NCBI RefSeq assembly: GCF_006345805.1
Contig: NW_021826031.1
Location: 372,001-436,000, forward strand
Length of the DNA: 64,000 nucleotides
Source of the DNA: Octopus sinensis
Taxonomy: Eukaryota
Direction of reading: 5' to 3'
In this document: positions 37,314-49,982 of the stretch, piece after piece
How positions within the stretch are numbered: position 1 is the first letter of the stretch
How the letters are laid out: every line of letters begins with the position of its first letter
The notes under the pieces: model-generated
Seen by the model: only the letters and a program-made list of their open reading frames with translations
The model's database searches: none
Told to the model about the DNA's origin: nothing
Made by a program: the position numbers and the translations under genes

Positions 37314-37913
37314 ATGGGTGTAAAACGAACAATACTTTGGAAATTCATTATCAATCTTTTAAAAACCAAAAACAAAGCAATTGAATGGAAAAATAAATCT
37401 ATGGGAATATTTGTAATCACCGATGGAGATTTGTTGGCATATTGGTGGGGACAATGCAAGCAAAACCCTTCCATGAACGAACAAAAACTTTCGAGGGCTC
37501 TCAGAACATACTACAAATATCCAAAAATTCTTAAAAAAGTACCTCATTCAAGAAATACCTACATGTTCCTCAATAGAAGAACAGAACAAATCCTAAAACA
37601 TATGTCACCGGAGCAGACTAAACAAATAAATATCCCCGATATGTCGTATCCCCAATACACTGAAGAAATCCAGCCACAAATCTGTCAGTTTTATATGCCA
37701 TTTGAGGATCCTTTTTATTCATATTATGAGCCAAATAATTATTTTCCGAATTATACATCATATGACTACAATTATTCTGAAGATTCAAATTGGCACAATT
37801 ATTATTCAAAGGAATTGGATGATATTCTTTTTCCCCTCGAAAACGGATGTGGTTCTACAATTAATGACCAGGCTCTAACAGAACCAGATTTCTACATATC
37901 ATACTATAAATAA
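37314..37913 (+). CDS. Single-exon ETS-domain transcription factor with a Tyr/Asn-rich tail
   Basis: ILWKFIINLL..IEWKN..GIF..WWG..K..MNEQKLSRALRTYY follows the ETS winged-helix pattern. Confidence 0.9.
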   Translation: MGVKRTILWKFIINLLKTKNKAIEWKNKSMGIFVITDGDLLAYWWGQCKQNPSMNEQKLSRALRTYYKYPKILKKVPHSRNTYMFLNRRTEQILKHMSPEQTKQINIPDMSYPQYTEEIQPQICQFYMPFEDPFYSYYEPNNYFPNYTSYDYNYSEDSNWHNYYSKELDDILFPLENGCGSTINDQALTEPDFYISYYK

Positions 37914-39029
37914 TTTGTAATTTTGTTTATTGGCTTTTGTAATAAAATTTATTAATATTTTTCTAAAATATTCAAAATATTCAAAATTTTTGTAATATTA
38001 AACAAATTACTAAGTTTAATTAATTAATCGATTTACTAGAAGTTATTAATCGATTTTATATATTTCCTTCCGAAAAAATAGTATTTTAATCAATATCTTA
38101 AATTCTAGAATTTATACAAAAAAGCAATTAGAACAGTTTAATTTTAGAAAAATTAAATAACTATTCGAAAATAATTTGATAAATATTTAAAATCTCTGTT
38201 GGGCCGCAATAACTCAAGGAATTTGAAATGTTACCTGATAAATCTTTCGAAAAAGCCACAGTAGACATGTCTATACGACAAGCAAATACACAGCTATTAA
38301 GAAAACATAGAATTTGAGACTCAGTACTAAGAATACAAAATGCCCATCTAAGAAAAGAAACTATCTTTCGTGACATAAAGAAAAAAGTAAAAAAAAACTT
38401 ATCATACATGACATCCTACACATAAGAAAAAGAAAAACAAGTAAAGATCCTGCCTACAATTAGTTTAAAGATCATTCCTTGTCCTACCTGCGATTATTTA
38501 AAAATTAACTCTCTTCTTAAAATGAAGTGCGAGCCCGGAGCTATACCATGGCTTCTTCGCAAAAATTGCTTTGTGAAAAACTTATATTATTAGATAACAT
38601 CATATGCATTTAATAAAAATTCTTAAAGAATCTTGGATTTTTTAAGTTTGCAATAATCAGAGAAGTTAAGCATTCTCCTTCATATGAAAAACAAAACATA
38701 ACGGTTATGAAGCCTTACTCGCTTTTGTGTTGCCTTTGTTAGTTTTTGTATTCGAATGTTAGTTTCCTTTTTTATTATTAAGATATGTAATTTTCTGGAT
38801 CAAAGAACAATGTCAAGAAATGTATTTTGCAAATAATTATACTTCAATTTTACGGATTCAATCCATATTATCATTCTCATATGTTTAATGAAAACTATTA
38901 ATTTCCTAAAAAAGCAATTTACGGGGATTTGTAAAAATTGGCATTCTCGATGTGAAATGGATTTCAATGAAAATTAAGTTTATTTATGAAAACAAAAAGA
39001 CTTTTTTTGACCAAAAACGACATTTTCGT

Positions 39030-40130
39030 TAACGTAATCCAGAAAAGAGAACTCACCACGACCTCAAGGTCCCTACGATTTCCAAACTATCACATTGAAC
39101 GACTGGACAGACCCTCCGGCCGCGGAGGCGGTCTCATGACACTTATTAAGAAGGGTATTAAATACCAGGAGTGTTTCGCATTTAACAACTCTAAACTAAA
39201 CCGAAATGGATGCTTGGAGGCTTCTGCAATTACAATACCCACTCTGGTTGGAAATTTACTTATTTTCAATATGTAAATTCTGCCAATTCGATCATGCCTG
39301 AAAAACTTTGCTCCAGATCTTCTCCCAGTTGGCCATCTTGACAACTTTCTTATTTGCAGAGACCTGAACGCAAAGCACCCGCAGTGGCTTAAATCACAAA
39401 CACCTGACTCGTGAGGAAAGTCCCTGGTTGAGCAACTTAACAACCTAGTCATTCTCAACAATCCGTCTTCGAACACAAAAACCCCACACAACCGAAAGGA
39501 AACTTACTTCGTCCGACTTGACTCTTTGCTCTGCTAGCCTGGTGTGACTGACTAATTGGAACGTTATCTCGAACTTACAGAGCGACCATAACCCGATAGT
39601 TATCCAAGTCAAATCCACTTTCAGAAAAGCAGATCAATACGACTACAATTATGCCGATTGAATTAACTTTACTCGCTACATTGATAAAGCACTGACAACT
39701 TTTGATGTATTACGACTCAATTGACAATGCTGTTAAACACTTCAACCAGATAATCCTGATTGGTCTGAAGCTTTGCGTAAAAATGCGGAATATCGGGTTA
39801 AACACCGTAAAAATTCTCTTCTCGAATCCTACCCCTAATCGAAGAAGGAAATTCGTTAAAAGACCGCAAGCATCTCGCAAGAGACAACCGGGATTGGATA
39901 AGAGAACTAAATAAAGTCAATCGGCAATAGCGAAACAGATCGGAAGGGCTGAAAATTTCGCTAGGAAGTTAAATGCCAAGAATCTACTAACAAAATTATG
40001 GGAATTCCTAAGAAGATGCACAAACCCTGAGAAATTCCAAACAAGAAAGGATAATGCGATTCCAATTGCCAACAAATTAATAAAATTTTATTGCGGGATC
40101 AGCCATATTCCTTACAGAAAATACGATGGA
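39030..40130 (+). mobile_element. Degenerate APE-type LINE (endonuclease region; Jockey/I-like)
   Basis: LRFPNYHIERLDRPSGRGGGLMTLIK, RDLNAKHPQW, SDHNPI and YNYAD*INF, with stops and frameshifts. Confidence 0.75.
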
Positions 40131-40189
40131 CCATGTCTGAAGTCTTTTAAACATTGGAGAACTCGTGATATAATAATCTTTACTTTGAT

Positions 40190-40560
40190 AATAGACCATA
40201 CTGCTCACTGTGTAATAAATCATTATCAAATGATGCAATGAAACCGTTCAAATTGTTGGATCATCTTAGAAAAAAATATTCGGATAAAAAAGATAAACTA
40301 TTAGAGTACTTTGAAGAACTAAAAGATTCTCTTCGTAAAAAATAACAATTGACTGTTTTTACAAATAGTAATGAAAGAAACAATAGTTGCTATTATTTAT
40401 ATCGGTCATCAAAACATCTATATCAGTAATTCTATCAGATCTGATAAGTTTAAATCCTGACGAAATTTTAAAATCTGTGCTAATTAGCAATGATTCAATT
40501 TGCCACAGGATTGACAAAATGTCTGATAATGTTGAAATTTTATGTGAAGGCTTCACTTAA
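40190..40560 (+). mobile_element. hAT Buster/ZBED5-like transposase fragment
   Basis: PYCSLCNKSLSNDAMKPFKLLDHL (BED finger) and ISNDSICHRIDKMSDNVE. Confidence 0.7.
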
Positions 40561-40638
40561 ACTTTCAACGATGTGGAGATACTATTCAAAAAATCGCAAA
40601 ATTAAATTTTTTAATTGTATTTTTAAATCGTGTTTGTT

Positions 40639-41324
40639 AATGTCACGTGCTTCTTCTGGAATAAAAAAGAAACGGTGCTTGAAAGATGATCGGAGAGTGT
40701 TTCAAGATAAATGGGAACTTCTCTATTTTTGCACAATGATTGTGAAAAAATATATTGTTTGATATGTAACAAGTTTATCGCTATACCGAAAGAATACAAC
40801 CTAAAGGGGCATTATCAATCTAATCATTTATCATAAAATTATTTCGAAGGTATTAAGTTGCTTATTAACCAAGAAGGTCCAATACGTGTTTCAAAGCTAA
40901 ATGAATTGCGAAAAAATTTATCTGCGTTAAAAACTCATTTCACAAAAATCATAATCGAAGTAAAGCATTAGTCACTGCAAGCTATGAAATCAGCAGAATG
41001 CTTGCAGTAAATGGAAAATCATATTGTGATGGTGATTTCATTAAGCAATGCCTTGTAAAAACAGCGAATATTATTTGTCCAGACGACGCCTACTTGTTTA
41101 AAGATATTTCATTAACAAGAAATACTGTTGTCGAACACATTAATGAAATGGCATTGAATTTGAAACACCAATTAAAGTCTGATTTGTTAAAATTCGAATA
41201 TTTTTCAATTGCAATCGATGAAACAGTCGACGTCGTTGGAATCGCACAATTAGCAATCTTTTTTAGAGCCTGTGATTCAGATTTTAATATTTATGAAGAA
41301 ATGAGTTTGACACCCCTGCTCTAG
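40639..41324 (+). mobile_element. hAT SPIN/GTF2IRD2-like transposase, 5' fragment
   Basis: RVFQDKWELLYF..CLICNK..KEYNLKGHYQSNH, DGDFIKQCL, SLTRNTV and FSIAIDETVD..AQLAIFFR. Confidence 0.8.
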
Positions 41325-41437
41325 AAGAACCAAACGAACAACTAAATGTTGCCACTTTTGAGGAGATATTGTGAAGAAGCGGGGGGACGACATTCTCAAT
41401 GTTGAGGATCCGTACTACTCATATTATCAACCAAATA

Positions 41438-44204
41438 CAGTTTACCCTCTATTGCAGCGGTTCTCAACCTTTTTTAGACTGGGGACCACTTTTGCACTAT
41501 AAAATTTTGTGGGGACCACCTTAAATAAAATAAACATTTTTTGGTATTAGCGCACAATTTTTGGCCTCGTCAGGGCCAGGTTTAGACATGTTCGAATATT
41601 TATTATAAAAATAACATGAACATTATGAAAATAACAGAAAATTTAATAGTAATTTAGTGAGATTTCTGATCTTGTTTGCTCAGAATAATTTTACTTATAT
41701 CAGGCTCTATGTTCGACAAAGCTACTCGCATATCATCTTGTACCCGTAGTCGATTTCTATATTTTGTTTTTAGAAAAGTCAGACACGACATCGCCATTTC
41801 ACAGTGATAAGTAGTGGAGAATGCAGGTATTGATTCCAATGCAGTTTTACTCAAAATGGGGAATTCTTTCGCCATCTTTGTGGCGCCTAAGTTGAGAAGG
41901 TTTCAGTGAATTGTTTCCCAAAATTTTATGGCAAATCATGCATTTTGCCTTTATTTCATTATTTGGGGAAATGAATTTAGTGAATCCAAATTGTACGTAA
42001 GAATCCGACCAAAGACGACGATTCTTGTTAACCATAACTAGAATGATAAACCACGCTAATCAAATCAGATTAATTTCAATGTTTTTGATTTATACTTAAT
42101 TGTACAATTAGTTTTAAATTTAATATATTGTTATTTTTCGAAAATTCCTGGGGACCACTAAAAATTTTCTGGAGACCACGATTGAGAACCGCTTGATTAA
42201 TTTCAATGTTTTTGATTTATACTTAATTGTACAATTAGTTTTAACTTTAATATATTTTTATTTTTCGAAAATTCCTGGGGACCACTAAAAATTTTCTGGG
42301 GACCACGGTTGAGAACCGCTCCTCTATTGCTCGCCATTTTTATAACTCGCCACTTTTTTGGAAAAAATGCCATTTTTACTAAGGAATTCCATTGCTCGCC
42401 AAATTCTCTTACTCGCCACGTTTTAGCATTAAAAAATTAAAATTTATTATTAAAAAAAATAATTTTTTCAAATATTTATACCGCGTGTTTTTTTTGTAAC
42501 ATGAGGAAGTGCTCAAGATTATCTTATGATCAAAAAAGAGAAATTATAAATTATCTTATTGATAATTCTTCTCTAAGTCTAAGGCGTGTTTCAGAAAATC
42601 AATTTCGAGACGTGCAATTAACGATCTTAAATTGAAAAAACAGAAGATTCTTGGAATTAATCCAATTTATGGGAGAAGTTCTCGTTTTTCGAAACTTAGA
42701 TATTCAGCAATTGATTCTGAAATCATTGCCTGGATAGATTACATGGAATCTATTGGAGTTTGCCTCAATGATGAGATAATTTTGTCGAAAGCAACTGAAA
42801 TTGCTGCGTTAAACGGTCTCTTCGAATTTAAAGCCAGTAAAGGATGACTTGAAAAGTTCAAAAAAAGGCACAATGTAAAACTAAGAATTTTTCATGGTGA
42901 GTTGGGATATACTGCGGATGAGTTCAAAGACCAAATCGAAGACTTTAAAAAAATTATCTCTTCTAAAATAAATGAATATGGTTCAGAAAATGTTTATAAT
43001 GCCGACAAAACCGGCGTATTTTACAAGACCATTCCATCAAAAAGTGTCTGCAGGAAACGCCGACCAGGACAAAAATTACTTAAAGATAGGTTTAACATTT
43101 TTAGCCAATTTTCAGATTTTCATTAATGCTTTGCGCAAATATGACTGGATCCGATAAAAGAACCCCTTTGATGATCGGGCAGTTTAAGAAACCAAAGTGT
43201 TTTAAAAACTTGAACGTTGATGAATATTTACAATACCGGAATTCTTCAAAGGCTTGGATGAACATGGAAATATTTAACGAATGGTTGTATAATTGGAACA
43301 AGACTCTCAAACAAAAACAAAAAAAGATACTTTTGGTTGTAGACCATTGTCCTTCGCATAGAATAACAATCGAATTAAGTATGATAGAAGTTTTATATTT
43401 ACCAAAAAACACGACTACTGTGCTTCAACCGATGGATCAAGGAATCATTAGATCATTCAAATCTCATTTCAACAAATTTAAATTTAAACATATAATTGAA
43501 CAAATAAACTACGGTGACGCAACTATTGAATGCTATAAAAAATTAACCCTGAAAGATGCAGTCTTATTTTCTTATCTAGCCTGGAAAGATGTGTCAGTGG
43601 ATACAATATCAAAATGTTTTCAGCACGCCAAATGGGAAAACAGAATTGAAGAACCTATTATGGGAGACCATAAAATAAAAAATTTCGAACAAATTATATA
43701 AAAATTAATGATCACAGATCCCATAAAAGAGGAGGACTTTATAGACTTTACGTACTCTGAAAATGACGAAATTCATGAATTTGTTCAAAACAATAACTAT
43801 GAAAATAACGATGAAAATGCAATTTTAGACAGTTCAATTACTGAAGATTGTGAAAGAAACAACTGTATTACACATCGAGATGCGATAAAATGTATTTCGG
43901 ACCTCAAAAAATATTTTTCACATAACGATAATTTTGATGTGAATATGCTAGAAAGTTTATTAAAAATGCAAAAAAATATAGAGAAAAGATCATACAAAAA
44001 AACTATAAATGATTACTTTACTTAAAATTTTGGTTTTTTAAATAAATGTTTCGGCTATTTATTTAAATGTTTAGATAGTTAAAAATTATAGAAATTTTTT
44101 GTTGATAGAAAATAGGATATTGATTATTTCTCTTACTCGCCAAATTCTCTTAGTCGCCAATTTTGGCTTGGTCCCAAAAATGGCGAGCAATAGAGGGAAA
44201 ACTG
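41438..44204 (+). mobile_element. pogo/Tigger DNA transposon 2, defective
   Basis: TIR cagtttaccctctattg[insertion]ctcgcca and tggcgagcaatagagggaaaactg, with a TA TSD. Transposase at 42501-44025 with FKASKG*LEKFKKRH, VYNADKTG, VDHCPSH and LQPMDQGII. Confidence 0.93.
41455..42321 (-). mobile_element. Non-autonomous hAT Buster/Charlie element nested in the left TIR of pogo 2
   Basis: TIR cagcggttctcaacc and an 8-bp TSD ctcTAttg (41447-41454, 42322-42329). The BED-finger N-terminus (41847-42035) is fused to the dimerisation C-terminus (41654-41875). A ~128-bp terminal segment is duplicated (about 42065-42193 and 42195-42321). Confidence 0.92.
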
Positions 44205-45169
44205 TATGTATTTTCCGCATTATACTTCATATGGTTACAATTATACAAAAAAACTCAAATTGGCTCGATCAGTGTTCAAAGAAATTGGACAAGGGAAGAA
44301 CGTCAGGAAAAATAAGAACCCTCCTTAGAGAAGGTGGCACTACCTGATTAGTTATTTTGAATAATAATTCTTGCAAGATCTTCATCCAAAAATAATTTTA
44401 CTTGATTATTATATCAAAATCTCTAGAAATGTATCATACTATAGAAAACGGCGTTTTAAATGGACAATTGATAAAATCAAACGATTAAAATACACCAAAT
44501 ATCCATCAGCAAAATTAAATTTTAAAAAAATTCAAAAATAGTAGATTAAAAAAATAAAATTAAAAAATTTCAAAAACAAGTAAAATAGCCAGATTAGAGG
44601 AATAAAATCAACAAATATCTCAAAAATGATGCAATTTCAGATAACTTAATCACTAAAAGAAACTGCATCACGAAATATTCCTTCTGAATCCAATTAAACA
44701 AAAAAATTAATATGAAATAGAATAAAAACAAGTACAACAAAATAAAAATAACAAGTATGAGAGTTTATCATGTTTATATTAAAAATTCATTTAATTAAAC
44801 AATTTTTAATTAAAAATAAAATTTATTTATATTAAAAAAGACAAACTAAAAGTTTACTAAGGGACCACAATTGAATCCTATGGGCCACTTTTAGCCCCAA
44901 GGCCGCACACTAGAGAATCAGTGGTATAAACAGTAAATTATTGGGCGGGAATAGTTGATCCCAATAGATTTTGGCAAGAGAAATAGAGCAAGCAATTCTT
45001 AATCAGTGGATCTACAGACTCACCATCTCTGTGTGTATCAAACGGCTTGTGACTCAAATTCTTAGGTGAGGTACCTAAAAACTGTGGAATAAAGGAGTTT
45101 GATTTTAAAATGGAAAATTGATTGAAAATGGAGAAAAAATACAACAGAGTAACTCTGTTAAGGAATATT

Positions 45170-45622
45170 TGGTGGCCCCACACCGGCATTTGTGAGTCCG
45201 GCAAATCTCCAGTCCAAGTCTGGTGCTGATGTTAATGCGGACAGTATCGTCGTCAAGGTGGGTTCCGACACTATCAACGGGGAGTGCATTTATCCAAGCT
45301 CCACTCGATTCGCATCTTCCAGACACTAGACAGGCATGTCTGTGTTGGTTTGATTGGTTCAGAAGCCTCTCGTATTTATCCTCGCAGATGGTCTTGTAAC
45401 GATTTTTCTGCTCAGGCATCATCCTTCTCGAATCATTCCCATCTCTGTGATTTCGGATGATTCAGTTTGGAGTTGGAGAATCATCCTGATCAGCAGTTGG
45501 CTGGAGTCCAAAGAGGATAGATATGCGGGGCAAGCCACATCATTCGGAGAAGGGATTCCCAGTCCGCCCAGGTTAACGGGTAGGGTCGCTTGGTCCCACC
45601 CTTGGTCGTCGAATTTGTGCAA
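45170..45622 (-). mobile_element. Internal CRE fragment (thumb to zinc knuckle)
   Basis: FDDQGWDQATLPVNLGGLGI..PAYLSS and SGAWINALP..LDDDTVRINISTRLGLEIC..CRC. Confidence 0.8.
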
Positions 45623-45839
45623 AAATCAATCATATTGAATAAAAAATAAACATCAAAATCTGTCGCTTAGTAAGATTTTAGAAAGTGTTAAAAAAGAATA
45701 AAAGGAAGAAAGAAATCAAGCAGTTTCAAACGAATTCTTTAAAGTTATCGTAATAACAGTTGAGTAGTCGGGCCAAATAGAGAATTAAAAAGGAAAGAAA
45801 AATTAAATATCAATTATATTTATTAGAAATCAATTATAA

Positions 45840-46780
45840 TTACGAAAGAATGTTAACAAGTGCATCTCTGAGACTCAGAAACGCCAATTCTCCAAACCTC
45901 CGTTCATTCTGAAAACTCATTTTTTCAAAAAAGCTGAGAATTTGGTCAAAATCCACCGTCTCTTGCCCACAAGCCATCAACTCAGCAGACATGTAGACTC
46001 CCCTCACCCAGACTCTCTCTCCAATAGATCTGGCATTGGCCAAAGAGCATATCAGTTCTGTCAGATTGGAATACATCCGGCTTGTGGTAGTTATATTAAA
46101 GGGAAGACACATAAGTGCAAATGCCTTTAAAATGTGTATTAATATAACAAACATCTTTCCAGTGAATATCTTTAATATAATTCATTTTAAATCGAGTAAG
46201 CATTATTGAAGGCAATAAATCAAATTTAAAAGTACTAATATTATATTTTATTAAATTTATTATACTTTTGTTCTTGTTGGTTGATTATTTTTTCAAGTTC
46301 AATGTTGCATTTCATGCTAAAATGGTAGGCAATTGCCACAGGGCCGGCAGGTAGGAGAACAGAGAGGGCAGAACACGGATAGCCCAAGACATGACAGCTT
46401 TTAACAAGGTTATCCTGTGTCCAGCCATAGTCAGGGAGCAGTTCAATGGACTTGTTTAGTATTTTGTTCTTAAGCTCTATTTAATTATAAAATAAGTTAT
46501 TTTACCGTCTGATGACAAGATAGTTTTTGAAAAATTGTTGAAACATGTTTTTGTGACGCAAAATTGGCTTGCTGCACGCCATTTTGTGGCAACCCACATG
46601 AATTAATTATTTAAAAATGTTAATTTATGTTTTTTAATAAAAAATAAATTTTATTCAATTAAAACCCATGTGGATACATTCTATTAAATTCTGGATTTTG
46701 AACTAGCAACAGGCAAATTATCTTTTCCCATTTTTCATAGCTCTATTAAGCCACTTAAACCACTTTCGAAGCATTTTCAG
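45840..46780 (-). CDS. COQ9: Ubiquinone biosynthesis protein COQ9
   Basis: SIELLPDYGWT..LG..IAYHFSMKCNIEL and AFALMCLPFNITTTSRMYSNL..GVYMSAEL..DFDQILSFFE, against COQ9 ALEFVPAHGWT..LILHFVTQCNTRL and ALSILMLPHNI..AIYNTTEL..DFEDTWRFLE. The start is approximate. Confidence 0.75.
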
Positions 46781-47576
46781 CTTTAAAATAAGCTTTAAAC
46801 CAAAATCGAATTAATTTAATGTCCACAGCCCTCTTAATTGATGTTATTAATTAAGAATTTAGAATTGCCTCTTGAAATAGGCCAGAAAATCCCAAGTAAA
46901 TGACGAAATAAGTATAATCACATCTAAGGCGATTACTTAAAGTGACCTTATAGTCTCTAAATCCCCAAAAAATAATTTTTGTATCTCCGAACAACTTTTT
47001 TTACTTAATCAAAAAATCCCTGACCGAATAGACCTCATTATTTAATTCTTTAAAAAACTAGACTATAAGGAACTTGACTAAATAAAAATTTAAAAGGTCA
47101 TTTTGGTAGGATTTTGTAGTAAAAGTGGCTTATTGGGGCATAAATGTCAAGAAATATAAATTTCCGCGTGATTGTTCAATGAAACCGTCCATAGTGATTA
47201 TAACAAACAGCCATTGAAATTATGATAGGAAATCAATAATCGATTTAATTATATAATTGAAACACAGCAGTAGACTCGATATTGCTCAATTTTGATGCAG
47301 ATTAGCATCGATTATTGATAATTTTGATCTTAAATATGTCGAACATTTAAAAGCGAATTAGTGCAAAAATATGCTATTAATTGGTGTTGATTATACATTT
47401 ATTTTGTCTCTGTTCTGCACAGCTAATTCCAGTCCTCCCTACGCAATGGCCGTGCTCGCCTCTTCGTGTGAGAATTAGATTTAATTCGCTTTTGCCGCAG
47501 CAGAGAATTCAACGCTGCGTTTTCTTTCCTTAAATTTGACTGGTAATTCCTCCAAATATAAAATAGATTTTATTAA

Positions 47577-49982
47577 ATGCAGTCTCGAAGACAAAATTTC
47601 TATCCAGAAGGCTCACCTGCTAATAATTTTGATTACATGTGGAGTCCTCAGGGTTATCGTAATGGTCCTGTGGATCATAATAACATATCTGATCAAAGAC
47701 CCTTCTTTCCACTTCAAAGCTCTCAAACTTCGGGACAGTTTCGATATGTAAGTTATGTATGACTCAGTCTTTAGGATTCTCAGTCGGGTCCTTCTTATGA
47801 CTTGATTTCCCAACCCGGCGGAGATCCTTCTTATGTAATTTAATTATTTCTTATTTTAGACTCATTTAAGACCAACAAATGTCGACCGAGGTCATTTTGA
47901 ACCTCCAGATCCAGCCAATGAGGCTGCTATTGCTGCTGCCTATGCTGCCATTAGGGATGCTACGAATTCTAGTTGGGTCAAACTGGGTGGTCGGGCTCCA
48001 CAGCCTTCTCACTACCCGGAAATGTCTCCCAGACCTCGAATTCCTACCCCCACTGAAGGTCAATCTCAATTTGCCCAGTATGGGGTCAATGGACCATATT
48101 GTCCACCCAGGATGGTACCTCGTCCTCCCTGTTCTTCTATTTATATATTTATATTAGGTCGGATGCCCAATCCTGACATTCCCAGAGAGTCTACAAGCAA
48201 ATGTGACCTCGAAAGGCTTTTATATATGGGAAAGGAGAGTGATCGGGGGGAGTTTGTGAACAGATTGGCCTCCCTTTATGAGGAAACTGGGGCTTCTATT
48301 TCTTCTCTTCCAATTGTTTCTAAGAAAGTGCTGGATTTGTACATTTTCTACAAGACAGTGAAGGAGAATGGGGGATGTCTAGAAGTACATGCAAAGAAGA
48401 AATGGAAGGATATGTCCTTACTTCTCACTGGTTCTACAAACTCCAGTTCTGCCTACAGTATGAAGAAGAATTATATAAAATACTTGCTTGCCTACGAGTG
48501 CAAATATGATCTCAAAAATGCGGATATTGATTCGATTAAACAACATCTTGAGCCACGGAGAGACAGGAGAACCATTTCCAAGGGAGATGAGGACGACTCT
48601 GCCTCACGAGTGACTTCTCCTTCTGTTTGTTCTGAGAGACCTTTTATACCTACACCTGACATTCGTACAAAGCGTTTTTCTCCTAAGCCTATTCAATGCA
48701 ATTCAAACGTGGGATCTCACGCTTTATCGGTTTGTAAAAATAATTCTACGAATGGCTTGGTTTCTAAGAGAATGAAATGTATGGATCATTCCCATACAAT
48801 GAAGTTTCTCAGATCTGGACTCCCAATACATGTTTCTGTGGCTGTTTCCTCTCTGGTTAGAGTATCGTCCCAGATTTCCAATCCTAATGAAGTTCCTAAA
48901 CTACTGTTGCTTGTTCAGAATGGAAATCTGCTCAGCCTTTTACTTGAGAGAATGCTTGATTCCCTCAAATTTTTGTTTCCTGGGAATTTGAAGATATTTG
49001 TGATTCGGAAAGTTTATTTTTTAACTGCAAAGTGAATTCGAATCCTTCTAAAAGGGTTCTGGATTTAAAATGCTTTGACGACTCTTTTTTGGGCTTAAAA
49101 GATTCTGTCTGTTCAAAAATTCCGGAAAATGTTGCTTTATGTGAGTCTATCTCTCGGATTGTAAGGAATATATCATTTATCGGAGAGAATGTTCCTCCTA
49201 TGGGTCACAGTTCTTCACTTCTGGCCATATTTAGTCGAATTATATATTTCTCATATAGCGATTCTTTATCCGACTTGAGAATATCACTTTTGGAAGATTC
49301 TCTGGTGGTTTTTTCTAATTTAATGCATCTTGTGAACTTTGAAATGGTCCCTGGGTTGGTTCCAGTTCTTGTTGGTTGGATAACCTGCAGAAGTGATTTG
49401 GTTTTTTTGCATCCCCCATTTTCGGTCACTCCACTCAGACTTGCCACAGAATGTCTGATCAAATTTGGTTCAAATAATCGGAATTTGAAGTTTATGTTAA
49501 CAAGTATACCCCGTGGAGATTTCCCGTGTGTTCTTCGTACAATATCAAAGCAGATTCTTACTAAAGATATTGTAATTCGTGAGATGAATTCTTCTCTTTT
49601 ATGCATGCTGGTGGATGGACTTTATAAAGTACCCGAATTGAAGGATTGTTGTGATAATGTGGTGAGTTCTGTGTGGGAGGATTTGGCCGAGTCGATTGTA
49701 TATTTTCTTGAGATTTGTGAGAGTATCAGAGATGATATTCAGAGAGGTTTTCCTCGCAGTGATATGATGATTTGTCTGAGTAAAAGTCTTATTGAGAAGG
49801 CTGCAAGGATTCTTCGTATGTTGGTTGAGTCAGTTTTCACTAATCGAGGAGGACTTTATTCTGATAAAATTTTTATTTGTAAACGACTTCTGGCGAAGAG
49901 AATTTTTCCCTTGCTGGTTGGTGACAGTTTCAGTTCTGAAATTCGTTCGGAATTGGAATTTTCGGTTTTTTTGGTGTCATAA
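47577..49982 (+). CDS. ARID1: ARID1/osa (BAF250)-like SWI/SNF subunit, compact
   Basis: ARID domain LPIVSKKVLDLY..GG..V..KKKW..SSSAYSMKKNY; BAF250_C motifs LRSGL, SRIVRNISF..N and TPLRLATECLIK. The frame changes near a GGG run at 48982-48984, probably a 1-bp indel. Confidence 0.85.

Larger units (their letters stand above)
41404..44347 (+). pseudogene. Remnant of an ETS paralogue C-terminus, split by pogo 2
   Basis: Joining 41404-41437 to 44207 onward gives EDPYYSYYQPNMYFPHYTSYGYNYT vs EDPFYSYYEPNNYFPNYTSYDYNYS in 37314-37913 (19/25 identical), then SNW..SKKLD vs SNW..SKELD. Confidence 0.75.

Noticed and set aside
44860-44930. hAT-like subterminal motifs (gtggccc, gggaccac)
   Set aside because: No TIR pair or TSD was found, and it is too short to support a call.
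47420-47525. GC-richer stretch upstream of ARID1 as a possible snRNA or tRNA
   Set aside because: No cloverleaf, Sm site or box motifs. It is more likely promoter or 5' UTR.
48975-49035. Programmed frameshift or split gene in ARID1
   Set aside because: One extra G in the run at 48982-48984 gives a continuous frame (LFPGEFEDICD). A homopolymer consensus error is simpler, and similar 1-bp indels occur elsewhere in the window.
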